Assembly: GCA_037305845.1 (NCBI GenBank)
Contig: CP147778.1
Location: forward strand, 1,152,001 to 1,216,000
DNA length: 64,000 nt
Direction: 5' to 3'
Source: Candidatus Freyarchaeum deiterrae
GTDB taxonomy: Archaea; Asgardarchaeota; Jordiarchaeia; Jordiarchaeales; Jordiarchaeaceae
Position 1 is the first letter of the stretch; every line of letters begins with the position of its first letter. The notes under the pieces are model-generated. The model was not told where the DNA came from and did not search any database. It saw only the letters and a list, made by a program, of their open reading frames with translations. Made by a program: the position numbers and the translations under genes. Positions 51,755 to 62,143 of the stretch are shown in pieces.

Positions 51755-53077
51755 TTACCTCAGTGCCACGCCTCTCTTTTTAGCATTAAGATACTGGCTT
51801 ACAGCAGCCGGTAGGAAATCTTCGGGACCTACGTCTATAACTTCCACGTCCATTTTTACGAGATCATCAACAATTTTCTTCCTCTGTTCCAGTAATTCCT
51901 CGGAGATAGCCTCTGTCAATGCTCTCTTGACCGGGGTCATCTCACTGGGGTATGCTTCAAACCAAGGCCCGAAAGGTGAAATGACCAACAATGAGTCTTT
52001 GTGGGCACGTGCAAGTTTACATGCTTCTATCAAGTCTCTGCTGGTTTCTTCAAGGTCAGTGAAAATTATGAAGAAGCTTCTTTTCGGGGTGCGTTTTAGA
52101 ATCCATTCCATTACTTCCTTCATTCGTGTTCCCCCCAGAGGTTCCACGGTGGCAAGTGCCTCTAGTATTTGATAAAAGTAATTCTTACCCATTCTGGGCT
52201 TAACGTAACTGTGAACCTTGTTTGAAAAGGCCACCACACCTACCTCATCTCTACGTTCCAATGCAAGCCTTGCAAGAAGCACCGCCGCTCTTATAGAGTA
52301 GTCAAGTTTTGTATTTTCTGGAAGCCCTCCGCCCATGCTAATACTTGTGTCTATTAGTAACAAAATTGTGATGTTCTTTTCGGTTTCAAATTCCTTAACC
52401 ATTATTCCTCCGGTTTTGGCGGTTGCTTTCCAGTCGATTCTTCGATATTCGTCCATGGGGAAGTAGTTTCTTATGCCGAAGAACTCTGTTCCCATGCCTT
52501 TTTGTCTGGTTCTGTGAGTACCGAACATACGTCCTAAAGTTCTCTGATCAACCAACGATTCCATTTTTCTTACATCTTGGTAGGAAGGATAGACCAAGAG
52601 CTCCGTGTAGACTTGAAATTTTTTCTGTTCGAAATGTAATCCGAGTCGGTCATGCACCACCAGTTTTATGGGTCCTATCTTGTGTATTCCTCTTCTTCGA
52701 CACTGTAAAACGTAAGAAAAGACTTTCTTCTCTTCGGGATCCAATCTAGTAGTCATTATGCTTTTCCCCAGAACCAGAGTGAATATTTCAGGATAAGTGT
52801 CGAATACTTCCAAGTAGTCTATTCTTGAACTTCCCTTATTTTCAACAGACACCGTTACAAATACAAAATCTTCCGCAAACACTTTTTCCTTATCAATGGT
52901 TCTTTTTATTTCAATATTATCCAAATCCACAGCCAATTCAAAATACGGCATGCTGATGACTGACCCCAGAATCAGGAAAATTCCGAGGAGCACCAAGTAG
53001 TAGTTTACAGAGCCAAATCCGAAAGCTAAAATGAAAACTCCGCTGGCAATTACTAAAGCTCCTCTAACAGTAAGCAA
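51755..53077 (-). CDS. DUF58 (VWA-like) protein
   Basis: GTEFFGIRNY..DEYRRIDWKATAK..MVKEFETE and LLIDTSISM MIDAS motif. Confidence 0.9.
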   Translation of the reverse strand: MLTVRGALVIASGVFILAFGFGSVNYYLVLLGIFLILGSVISMPYFELAVDLDNIEIKRTIDKEKVFAEDFVFVTVSVENKGSSRIDYLEVFDTYPEIFTLVLGKSIMTTRLDPEEKKVFSYVLQCRRRGIHKIGPIKLVVHDRLGLHFEQKKFQVYTELLVYPSYQDVRKMESLVDQRTLGRMFGTHRTRQKGMGTEFFGIRNYFPMDEYRRIDWKATAKTGGIMVKEFETEKNITILLLIDTSISMGGGLPENTKLDYSIRAAVLLARLALERRDEVGVVAFSNKVHSYVKPRMGKNYFYQILEALATVEPLGGTRMKEVMEWILKRTPKRSFFIIFTDLEETSRDLIEACKLARAHKDSLLVISPFGPWFEAYPSEMTPVKRALTEAISEELLEQRKKIVDDLVKMDVEVIDVGPEDFLPAAVSQYLNAKKRGVALR

Positions 53078-53100
53078 GAATATTGTCCCTCTGAATATTT

Positions 53101-54087
53101 TTAGATTGGTATGGCAATTTCTCCTACGATACTAGCAATTATCCGGTTTACAGACACTCCCTCAAGTTCTGCTTCTGGTCTAAGAATCAAACGATGGTTT
53201 AATCCTTGCTGGGCTATTCCCTTCACGTCATCGGGGATAACATAGTCTCTGCCGTTCAGAACTGCTCTCGCCTTTGCGCCATCCATCAAGACTATAGATG
53301 CTCGGGGGCTTCCTCCGAGGAGAATTTGAGGATTTCGTCTCGATCTAATCACTATATCACGTATGTATTCCATTATTTCTGGGGCGACGTACACGCCCTG
53401 TACAACATTTTGCATTTTTGTTAGAATGGTCGGTGATGCAACTGATTTAACTTTATCCTCATTTGCTTCGGCTCTTCTCTTGAGCATTTCCACCTCTTCG
53501 CTGTCCGTAGGATAATCCACGTTTAGTTTGAATAGAAATCTGTCGACCTGCGCCTCCGGAAGGGGATATGTTCCCTCATGCTCTATCGGATTCTGTGTTG
53601 CGAGCACCATAAAAGGATTGGAAAGAACGTGCTTTACGCCTTCTATAGTTACTTGTTTTTCCTGCATAGCCTCCAATAGAGCCGACTGAGTTTTTGGTGG
53701 TGCCCTGTTTATTTCGTCAGCGAGCACGATGTTCGCGAAAACCGGACCTTCACGGAATAAAAACTCGCTTGTTTTTTGGTCGAAGACATAGGTTCCCAGT
53801 ATATCTGAAGGGAGTAGGTCTGGTGTGAACTGTATTCTCTTGTACGTACAACCCAGAGTTTGTGCAAAGGTTTTCGCCATGTATGTTTTAGCCACTCCTG
53901 GAACACCTTCCAGTAGGATGTGTCCGTCACACATCAATGCGATAAATATGTCCTCCAGAATCTGGCTCTTTCCCACTATGACTTTATTAACCTCGGTCAT
54001 GATTTCAGAGGCTATTTTCCTAACAGCATTAACGCCGCTAACTTTTCTGGTTTTTTCTTTTCCCTCAGTTTCTGTTTCATCAGACAT
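53101..54087 (-). CDS. MoxR-family AAA+ ATPase
   Basis: LLEGVPGVAKT, RIQFTPDLLPSD, ADEINRAPPKTQSALLEAMQE, ATQNPIE..GTYPLPEAQ.DRF. ATG 54087 preferred. Confidence 0.95.
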   Translation of the reverse strand: MSDETETEGKEKTRKVSGVNAVRKIASEIMTEVNKVIVGKSQILEDIFIALMCDGHILLEGVPGVAKTYMAKTFAQTLGCTYKRIQFTPDLLPSDILGTYVFDQKTSEFLFREGPVFANIVLADEINRAPPKTQSALLEAMQEKQVTIEGVKHVLSNPFMVLATQNPIEHEGTYPLPEAQVDRFLFKLNVDYPTDSEEVEMLKRRAEANEDKVKSVASPTILTKMQNVVQGVYVAPEIMEYIRDIVIRSRRNPQILLGGSPRASIVLMDGAKARAVLNGRDYVIPDDVKGIAQQGLNHRLILRPEAELEGVSVNRIIASIVGEIAIPI

Positions 54088-54088
54088 T

Positions 54089-55441
54089 TCATTTAACACT
54101 CTCCAACAATCTCTGCATCTGGAAGAATAATTCCAAAAATTCATTTTTGCTCATAAACATCTCTTTTCTTTCTGCCGAAATTTCCTCACATAAATCAAAA
54201 AGCTTCTTTACCTCTTTTTCTTTTATGCTAGGATTCTTGGCTATGGCGGCTTGAACCGCCGCATCCACGCTGAAACCTTCCTTAAGCCCGAGCTGTCTCA
54301 CAAGCTCACGTTTCAAGCGGCGATACAATAACTTAACCGCATTACCGTAAAGCTGGTATTGTGTATACCACCTCATCTTTTCGCTGAAGAAAGTTTCACC
54401 CCTACGCATAAACACTTCCGTGGGACTGAGAGGCTCAGGCTTCTTCTCACGAGGCAACCAACGCCAAATAACAAAAGCCAAAATTACGGGGTAAATAGCA
54501 AGAAGCAACCAGTTACTGGACGCCCAGTTAATATACCCCATCATAGAACCGAATATTCTCGCATAAGATGTGGCTGGAAGAGCCAAGTGAGCCTCATCCA
54601 CAATAATCGGATAATCAGTGCCTCCTCTGCCCTGAGCCAACCAATCAACTATGTTAGTGGCAAGTTGATGGTTCTCAACCCGGTTTATCATATCGTCATT
54701 AAAAATACTTGGATCACTCACCAAAACGATTCTACCACTACCTAACCCCATCTGCTTCAAGTCATAAGCAGCAATAACGGTTTGAGGACCGAGAACATCA
54801 GGGGGTGTATCAATAACCATATTATCGTTCATGTCCAGCCAACTATTAAGGGGGCTGGTAGCCGCAACATTACCTTGTGGAACATTAATCAGTGTGCTTG
54901 CATAGTTTAACAATGTCTGGTTTACACCTTGAGTAAAGCTGTAATTACTGTTAAAATCTGTTATCAAAGGTGCTGCTGTCCAGGTTGTTAAATTAGCGTC
55001 CGTTGCCTCGTACAAAACGTGTTTAGTGAATATGGGAGGGGATATCCCTAACATGGGAAAAAGTTGTACAAGAAGTGTATCCGCTGTGCCGAAGTCGTCG
55101 GCTATCAACAAGCCACCACCCTCTCTTACGAAATTAGCCAACCCGCTTACCTCAATTGGGTCATAGTAAATGGTGGAAGGGCCAATAACTAAGAATGTTG
55201 AGTTGGGGGACCTACTGAGAACACTTAGAGAGGAAAGAAGGGGTTGAACTTTGTAGCCCTTACTGTTCAGATCCGCCCTAAACTGCTGACAACCATTAAA
55301 TAATGGGTTATAGATTGAGAAATCGATACCAAACGGGATATTCATTGCTGTGCTGCTTGGAAGAAAAGGAAGTAGTAGGGGAAGCCAAGCAAGAACAAAA
55401 ACCACGATGTAAATAGCAGTTTTGATTTTGCTTCTAGGCAA
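54089..55441 (-). CDS. DUF4350-domain membrane protein
   Basis: FSIYN..NG, FVREGGGLLIADDFG, GRIVLVSDPSIF.DDMI..N..L and DEAH. Confidence 0.8.
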   Translation of the reverse strand: MPRSKIKTAIYIVVFVLAWLPLLLPFLPSSTAMNIPFGIDFSIYNPLFNGCQQFRADLNSKGYKVQPLLSSLSVLSRSPNSTFLVIGPSTIYYDPIEVSGLANFVREGGGLLIADDFGTADTLLVQLFPMLGISPPIFTKHVLYEATDANLTTWTAAPLITDFNSNYSFTQGVNQTLLNYASTLINVPQGNVAATSPLNSWLDMNDNMVIDTPPDVLGPQTVIAAYDLKQMGLGSGRIVLVSDPSIFNDDMINRVENHQLATNIVDWLAQGRGGTDYPIIVDEAHLALPATSYARIFGSMMGYINWASSNWLLLAIYPVILAFVIWRWLPREKKPEPLSPTEVFMRRGETFFSEKMRWYTQYQLYGNAVKLLYRRLKRELVRQLGLKEGFSVDAAVQAAIAKNPSIKEKEVKKLFDLCEEISAERKEMFMSKNEFLELFFQMQRLLESVK

Positions 55442-58400
55442 GCTTTAAACTACCTCCGGAAATGAGACTGTAAAGCTCTGCGAAGTATTTGGCTGCCTTA
55501 TTATAATCCTCCTTGTCTAGAGTTTCGTTGCTGTAACGCGCCTGCTCGAACAGCTGCGTTAGACCATTAACCAGTTGAGGGTTAAGGCCTTCCTTCTTTA
55601 TAACCATCACTGCGAATTCACGAGTGGTCTCACTGGGAGCCCTCGCAACACCGGAATACTGGTTCACAGTGTCCGCAAACATGTTATACAGGTACTTGAC
55701 AGCATCATTGAATTTGCCCGCGCCGACCAACTCCTTAAGCTCGGCAGTCCTAGATTGAAGGTTCACGGGCGTAACAACCTTCTTCTCTTCCTTAGGACGG
55801 GCTCTCATAACTAAACAAATCACGAGAACCACAGCAAAAATAGCCAAGATAATTACAATTGGAAGCAAATAAGTTGTATAATCCATCTGCAAAGCATAAT
55901 ATAACATAATAGCCAAACCTCCAAAACCACTATTCTGACTAATTAGAATGGTTGCCGAATCAGAAACACCTGTGTCTAGCTTCAAAGAGATTGTTACATT
56001 ACCCACAGTATTGTTATTAGGGTCAATAAAGTAATTTTGAGAAATTACTCCTGCACTATTAGTAACGCTGAGGCCAATATTAGTCACGTTCCAAGTAATA
56101 TTTATTGTTCTTCCCATTATGGGATTCCCATTAGAATCAACAGAGGCGCATAGTATATCGTAATTACTTCCAAGTACACCAACACTCGGAGACTGAAAAA
56201 CCAGTTGAGCATTAGTAAAAACATGTAACTCAGTGATTCTCGAAGAGCCATTGTGGAATGTATCACCAGCATAGCTTATGTTGAGAACAGACAACGCGTT
56301 AACAGGTAAAATAGAAAGATCAGAGCTATTAAGTGTAATATTGAAGTTACCACTCGGCCCAGTAGCAACACTGTTTAAAAATGTGGAACCAAAATAAACA
56401 GAAACAGTCTGATTATTAAGCCCATTCCCAAGAGAATCCCTTAACACACCCGTTATGTAAGCCGTTTCATTAGGTTGTACTGATCGTGATTCAATACTCT
56501 GTTTTGCGTAAATTCCATTAAGAGACAAGCTTCGATAACCTAAACTTGAAGAACCAATTACTGTTCCAACAATTATCTTGATTATTTTTGATGTACTCGA
56601 AGCATTGAACAATGGTACTGCACTGGTAGCATTGATGGTGTAATTACCAAAGGTAAAGGCGCTACCCGAAATTAGTATATTTGTGCTAAAGTAACCGGAA
56701 CCATTCGTAGTTAAGGGATAATTAGGAGTTGTGTTTCCATAGAACCAAATTATAATGTTAGTATTGGGTCTAAGAGCACCAGTCCCGTCTAGAGCCCATC
56801 CACTAACAGTAATGGTATCACCTATAGCAGCTTGAGTGGGAGCGGAATTTATTACAATTAATCCCATGTCGTAAATGTAAACATTTACTCTAGAAGAGTT
56901 TACACCAAGAACTCTACCACTTGGTGAACAATTAGCAAAAACCTGAACCACCGCCTCCACTTCCCGAGCGGTGTTGTTGTACTGAACATTTCCAAATGGG
57001 TTGGTATTACTACTACTAAGTAGTGTTACATTACCACCAATTACTGTACTATTATCCCAATATATTGAGACTTGCATGTTATTAATTGCTGTTCCATTAT
57101 CATACGCTAAGTGAGCCGTAATATTAGTTGTAGTACCATTTTTGACATTTGATGGATTAACCGATACGGATAGTGACGGCATAACGTATACATGTATTAT
57201 GTCGATTGGATCCGAGGCTGAGGTTGGTGGAGTTATTTGGAAACCTAAATAACTGCCGTTATAGTTTGCTGTAAAATTGTAATCTGTGAGATCCAATGAG
57301 GAACCCGGATAAAATATTTGGAAGTTGCCGTTATTATCCGTCAAACCATTAGCAACTTGGGTTCCATTCCGATCTACTTCTATGTTCACGTTGGGTATTC
57401 CTATAATTGAAGCGTTGGTACAGTTCGGATCGATGAGTCTTCCTTCTACCATTACGCCTCCTTGATTTCGAATAAGATTGTGATTATTTATTCCCACCCA
57501 AGCGGTTGCATTAGCGGTCATGCCGGTGATATTAGAATTACCGGTTAAGAGTACACCAGTATAGTTTGAAGCTATCGGAATACTGGGAGATATTGTTTGG
57601 TTATACGCCTTAGCTAGAAATATTATTGGTCCAACGCGGAAATTACTATTTAGTGTAGTGCTGTTTTGAGCCAGACCGTTTACGTTGGTTGTGCCATTTC
57701 CAATAAAGAGTTCATTCGTTGTTACTGGATCAAAGATGAAGAATGATACGTTAGCACCATTAACAGCACTACCGGAAGTAGCGTTTGTGAGTGTTGCATT
57801 AAGCGTAATTGATGCCCCTCTCGACACAGTCAGTGGAGACGCATTTAATACTAGGCGATAAGCACTTTGAACGTTAGGGTCAGGGTTGGTTCCGTTTTGT
57901 GCGGGCCCAGGTGTTGGGTCAAATTGCACCCATTGACCGCCGCCACTTGAGGTAGGCACCCAAACTTCTGCCCAAGCGTGAGCATCTGAAGCTCTTATGA
58001 TGTGTACTACTCCTAGTTGAGGGTCTACCGTTATTTGTCCCCCTACGAATCCAGTCACAAGTCTAGCTGAGATGCCTAGTGCTCTGAGCGCCATTACGAA
58101 TGCACTCGCGAAATGAACACAGATTCCTTGCCGGCCCTGTAAAAACCATAGCACAGGGTCTTCTCCCTGCGGCGGACCCCCACCGCTTAATAGAACACTT
58201 ATATTATATATGTATGAACCGTTATTTAAAAGAGATAAAGCACTCATAGCGGTTTGATAAACTGTTCCGCTACTATTTATGCTGTTTTTAAAGTTTATAA
58301 AAGTACTATTTGCTAGCAAGTAATTAGGAATTTGAGTGTAAATACTACTTATATTAGACGGCGTCTTCGCAGGAGAGCCTGCAGTACTATTAACTGCAGC

Positions 58401-59162
58401 TAGGTTGAAAGGATATCCTGCAGCCGTATAGTTTAGAGTTGAGAGCCCTGAACCAGTGTAACCTCCGTTAAGGAAAGTACTGTTGTATTGATCCATACTA
58501 ACGTTGAATGTGTTAAGATCTCCTTGCAGGGTTTGGATTGTGTACCCATCAGCGTTTATTATTGAGTAATTTGCGAAAAGTACGGGTATCATAGTGGATT
58601 GTGAAGCGGAATGAGTGAAATTCATATACACCATGTATAATTCCGCTGGAGGATAGGAAGGCACAGTACTATTTGGAGGGTTTGGGTACGATCCTGTTAG
58701 ACTCTTAATCCAGTCCATGCTATAATAGTCATATGCTTCCAGTCTCCAATATCTAGTAGGATATGTGGAATTAATTGGGTGGACTATGAGAATTGTCATG
58801 TTTGGATCCATTAGACCCGAGTCGAACATGCCTATGGGTAGAAATTGGTTTGTCATATTTTGTGGAGTCATGTTGGGGGGTAGAGTCATGTTGGGGGGTA
58901 GAGTCATGTTGAATGGATTAAAGGTTATATTGAAAACGTTGTTGAACCAGTTTTGAGGAATTTGTGGAGGGTTTGTGTTTGTGTTAATTGGTGTAATCCA
59001 GGGATAGTATATTTGTCGTGGTATGTTTGATACGGTGGCGTAGTCGAGTGCTTGCTGCACGTAGGATTGGAACTGGCTTAGGATGAGGTATGCTCCTCCT
59101 AGGCTTAGGATTAGGAGGAGGATAAGTGTTACCGCGATGATTGTTTTCCTTCGGGAGGCCAT
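55434..59162 (-). CDS. Large surface protein: transglutaminase-like domain, Ig-like repeats, TM helix, DUF4129
   Basis: RYWRLEAYD; triad GICVHFASAF / HAWAEV / WVQFDPTP; N/T/S-rich beta repeats; C-terminal SETTREFA..LTQLFEQARYS. Confidence 0.85.
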   Translation of the reverse strand: MASRRKTIIAVTLILLLILSLGGAYLILSQFQSYVQQALDYATVSNIPRQIYYPWITPINTNTNPPQIPQNWFNNVFNITFNPFNMTLPPNMTLPPNMTPQNMTNQFLPIGMFDSGLMDPNMTILIVHPINSTYPTRYWRLEAYDYYSMDWIKSLTGSYPNPPNSTVPSYPPAELYMVYMNFTHSASQSTMIPVLFANYSIINADGYTIQTLQGDLNTFNVSMDQYNSTFLNGGYTGSGLSTLNYTAAGYPFNLAAVNSTAGSPAKTPSNISSIYTQIPNYLLANSTFINFKNSINSSGTVYQTAMSALSLLNNGSYIYNISVLLSGGGPPQGEDPVLWFLQGRQGICVHFASAFVMALRALGISARLVTGFVGGQITVDPQLGVVHIIRASDAHAWAEVWVPTSSGGGQWVQFDPTPGPAQNGTNPDPNVQSAYRLVLNASPLTVSRGASITLNATLTNATSGSAVNGANVSFFIFDPVTTNELFIGNGTTNVNGLAQNSTTLNSNFRVGPIIFLAKAYNQTISPSIPIASNYTGVLLTGNSNITGMTANATAWVGINNHNLIRNQGGVMVEGRLIDPNCTNASIIGIPNVNIEVDRNGTQVANGLTDNNGNFQIFYPGSSLDLTDYNFTANYNGSYLGFQITPPTSASDPIDIIHVYVMPSLSVSVNPSNVKNGTTTNITAHLAYDNGTAINNMQVSIYWDNSTVIGGNVTLLSSSNTNPFGNVQYNNTAREVEAVVQVFANCSPSGRVLGVNSSRVNVYIYDMGLIVINSAPTQAAIGDTITVSGWALDGTGALRPNTNIIIWFYGNTTPNYPLTTNGSGYFSTNILISGSAFTFGNYTINATSAVPLFNASSTSKIIKIIVGTVIGSSSLGYRSLSLNGIYAKQSIESRSVQPNETAYITGVLRDSLGNGLNNQTVSVYFGSTFLNSVATGPSGNFNITLNSSDLSILPVNALSVLNISYAGDTFHNGSSRITELHVFTNAQLVFQSPSVGVLGSNYDILCASVDSNGNPIMGRTINITWNVTNIGLSVTNSAGVISQNYFIDPNNNTVGNVTISLKLDTGVSDSATILISQNSGFGGLAIMLYYALQMDYTTYLLPIVIILAIFAVVLVICLVMRARPKEEKKVVTPVNLQSRTAELKELVGAGKFNDAVKYLYNMFADTVNQYSGVARAPSETTREFAVMVIKKEGLNPQLVNGLTQLFEQARYSNETLDKEDYNKAAKYFAELYSLISGGSLKLA
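58865..58911 (-). repeat. 18-bp tandem repeat encoding NMTLPP
   Basis: gagtcatgttggggggta x2 plus a partial copy. Confidence 0.9.
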
Positions 59163-59562
59163 TTTTTCACCTACGCGTAAGCGTTAGCTTTCCCTTGTAA
59201 TAGATGATATCGTTTTTGATAGTGATAAATGTTTTGAATGTTGCAAAATTTTGGTCAGCAAAAATTACTATGTAGAATGAGAATTTTACAATTTACAATG
59301 TTAGGAATCTCTTAGATGCATAAAATAAAAAAGATCCTCCTTATGAAACTAATGAGAAGCTTACCATTTTATCTCGTGGATTGACTGTATACAATATGAT
59401 AAGTTCAGTGAGTGAAGATAGCTGGATGTTTGTTTGGATACCGAGAATTTAGCTGCATTAACCACACATAGATAAGATTTTAAGCAAATGAGTTGACGTT
59501 TAGATGACCGGAGTGTTTCCATTCGTGGCGTTTCGAGCATCATTATTCCAAGGGATGCCATC

Positions 59563-60639
59563 ATGGGCGAAATGGATATCATGTTCAGTGAGGAAATGGG
59601 AAAATACGATTTCGGGCCGGGACATCCTTTCAGAGGAGATCGGTTCACCAATTTCATTGAACGTTTCAGAGAGGTGTTTTTGAATGAGAGCTCGAGGTTC
59701 GAAATTGTAAAGCCGAGATATGCCACTGAAGAAGAAATACTGACAGTTCACGACCCTAACTATGTGGACTACGTTAAGAAGACCGCAGCCAGAAACGGAT
59801 TCCTAACATTAGATACTCCCTTATCCCCCGGTATGCATGAACAGGCAAAACTTGTCGTCGGGGCCGCCCTAGACGGCGCCGAGCGGATTATGAATAGCAA
59901 TGCATCAAAAGCCGTGGTAATCGGTGGAGGGATGCATCATGCCGGAAGTGATTATGGCGGGGGTTTCTGTATTTATAATGATGTTGCGATTGCTGCTAAG
60001 ATGCTTCTTGAGAAATATAAATTTGAGAGGATACTTATCATAGACACTGATGCTCATGCTGGTAATGGAACGGAGGATATCTTCTACGAGGAGCCTCGAG
60101 TGCTTTTCATTTCGCTTCACCAGGATCCTAGGACGTTGTATCCGGGAAAGGGATTTATTTGGGAGATAGGATCTGGTGAGGGAAAGGGCTACACGGTTTG
60201 TGTGCCTCTGCCTCCAGGCTCGGGGTATGATGTTTATACTTTGGTTATGGATGAAATCTTTGTGCCTTTGGCGCGTGAATTCAAGCCTCAGATAATTTTT
60301 AGAAACGGGGGCAGTGACCCTCACTTTGCCGATACCATCACTAATCTTGGTCTTTCTATGAAAGGGTTCAATATGTTTGGGCGATATGTACGCGATATGT
60401 CTGGGGAGCTATGTGGGGGTAAGGAGCTGGATTTTATTGGGAGTGGCTATAATCCCATTGTTTTGCCTAACGCTTGGGTTTCCATTATTTTGGGACTGGC
60501 GGGAATTGATAGGATTCTACCCGAACCTGTTAATCCCCCTCCATGGCTGGATGACCCGAAATTAGTGGAATACACAAAATCCAAGGTCATAGAAGAGCTC
60601 AAACTAACCTTAAGAGACTACTGGAATTGTTTCCGGTAG
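59563..60639 (+). CDS. Histone deacetylase/AcuC-family Zn deacylase
   Basis: GHPF..R, GGGMHHA, GGFCIYND, IDTDAHAGNGT, SLHQ, GSDPH and GSGY. Confidence 0.9.
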   Translation: MGEMDIMFSEEMGKYDFGPGHPFRGDRFTNFIERFREVFLNESSRFEIVKPRYATEEEILTVHDPNYVDYVKKTAARNGFLTLDTPLSPGMHEQAKLVVGAALDGAERIMNSNASKAVVIGGGMHHAGSDYGGGFCIYNDVAIAAKMLLEKYKFERILIIDTDAHAGNGTEDIFYEEPRVLFISLHQDPRTLYPGKGFIWEIGSGEGKGYTVCVPLPPGSGYDVYTLVMDEIFVPLAREFKPQIIFRNGGSDPHFADTITNLGLSMKGFNMFGRYVRDMSGELCGGKELDFIGSGYNPIVLPNAWVSIILGLAGIDRILPEPVNPPPWLDDPKLVEYTKSKVIEELKLTLRDYWNCFR

Positions 60640-60715
60640 AGTGCTTAATAGTTCTAATGGAATCTATCATATTTGTGAGCTGAATAAATTCTTTGATGTT
60701 GTGAGGTGTGATTCT

Positions 60716-62062
60716 TTGCCTAATAGTAGGGAATTAGCGGCTGACATGCTCATACAGTATGAAAGTAATTGGAGGAGCGCATCACTTCGAACCATTTTCT
60801 ATAACACGGTTGATGCGGTGGATATTGACGATATTCCAGTTAAAACTAGTAGCTACGGTCTAATGCTGGAAACTATAAAGTGTTTTAACACGCTTGATTA
60901 CTTACTTATAAGATTTATTAATAAAAAAAGATTCAGAGAGATGGATCCCTTTCTGCGCAATATGCTTAGAATCGCCACACTAGAGTTGAAATTCAATTAT
61001 GATTCCACGGTTCGTGTAGAGGACATAGTCTACAAGTTGATATTAAAGAGACGAGGGGAGAATGATGCGAAATATGCTATGAATATTCTTGAAAAAGTTA
61101 ATGAGCTCAATTTTGAGGAAGCTCTAAACAAACTGGATAAGAATGGGCAAATTAGTCTCAAATATTTTCACCCTACCTATCTAGTCAGTAAATTTGTAGA
61201 AATTTTTGGTTACGATGAAGCGGTAGAGTTAATGCAAGCTAACAATCAGAAGAAGACTGTCTGGCTTAGAGTTAACACCCTGAAATCAAGCATGGAGGAT
61301 GCAATTCAAACACTTGAGAAGGGGGGCGCCGGGGTTCAACGGGATGAAGACTTTCCGGAAGTTTTTAGGTTGCTGGAAACAGAAAACCCGGTTCCTCTAA
61401 CTCCGGTTTTTAGGGATCGAAGTATAATAATTCAAGATAAAGCAAGCGTAGCAGTGGTTCACGCGTTGGATCCAAAACCAGGAGAATGTGTCCTCGACGC
61501 CTGTGCTGCCCCCGGTATGAAGACTTCTCTAATTTCACAGAAAATGGGAAATGCCGGATTAATAGTTGCTGTGGATAATAATCAGGCTCGTCTGAATAAG
61601 ATGAAAGAACTGCTTGAGATTTCCGGTGTGAAGAACGTGGAATTCAAGTTGGCAGATTCCAGAAAGCTGTCCGAAGGCGAGTACGATAAGATTCTCGTAG
61701 ATGCTCCCTGTACTTCCAGCGGAGTCATACAGTCCTCACCCGAGATGAAATGGAGGCTAAACCAAAACCAAGTTGACTGGTACTCTTCCATTCAAAAAGA
61801 TATACTCGAAAACACACTAAACCTATTGAAGAAAAACGGCACATTAGTATTCTCAACATGTTCTGTTTTTCCAGAAGAGGGCGAACAAGTAATAGACGCA
61901 GTAAAAGAAAAGGTGGTCATTTTAAAACTAGAAGTTCCTGGCTCTGAAGGCTATAAGGGATACACCTTTTCCCCAAAAATAAAAAGATTCTTTCCCCACA
62001 AACACGGAACTCAAGGATTTTTCATGTGCAAAATGAAACTAAAAGAAACAGACAATAAATAA
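60716..62062 (+). CDS. RsmB/NOP2-family RNA m5C methyltransferase
   Basis: LRVNTLK, QDKAS, DACAAPGMKT, LVDAPCTSSG, STCS, GFF; TTG 60716 follows GAGGTG. Confidence 0.9.
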   Translation: MPNSRELAADMLIQYESNWRSASLRTIFYNTVDAVDIDDIPVKTSSYGLMLETIKCFNTLDYLLIRFINKKRFREMDPFLRNMLRIATLELKFNYDSTVRVEDIVYKLILKRRGENDAKYAMNILEKVNELNFEEALNKLDKNGQISLKYFHPTYLVSKFVEIFGYDEAVELMQANNQKKTVWLRVNTLKSSMEDAIQTLEKGGAGVQRDEDFPEVFRLLETENPVPLTPVFRDRSIIIQDKASVAVVHALDPKPGECVLDACAAPGMKTSLISQKMGNAGLIVAVDNNQARLNKMKELLEISGVKNVEFKLADSRKLSEGEYDKILVDAPCTSSGVIQSSPEMKWRLNQNQVDWYSSIQKDILENTLNLLKKNGTLVFSTCSVFPEEGEQVIDAVKEKVVILKLEVPGSEGYKGYTFSPKIKRFFPHKHGTQGFFMCKMKLKETDNK

Positions 62063-62143
62063 TCTCATTGTTTGATTGGAAATGCTTATAGTGTACTTTA
62101 AATAAGTTAGTACTAGGGTCAGCGGTTTAGCGGAGAAATATAA

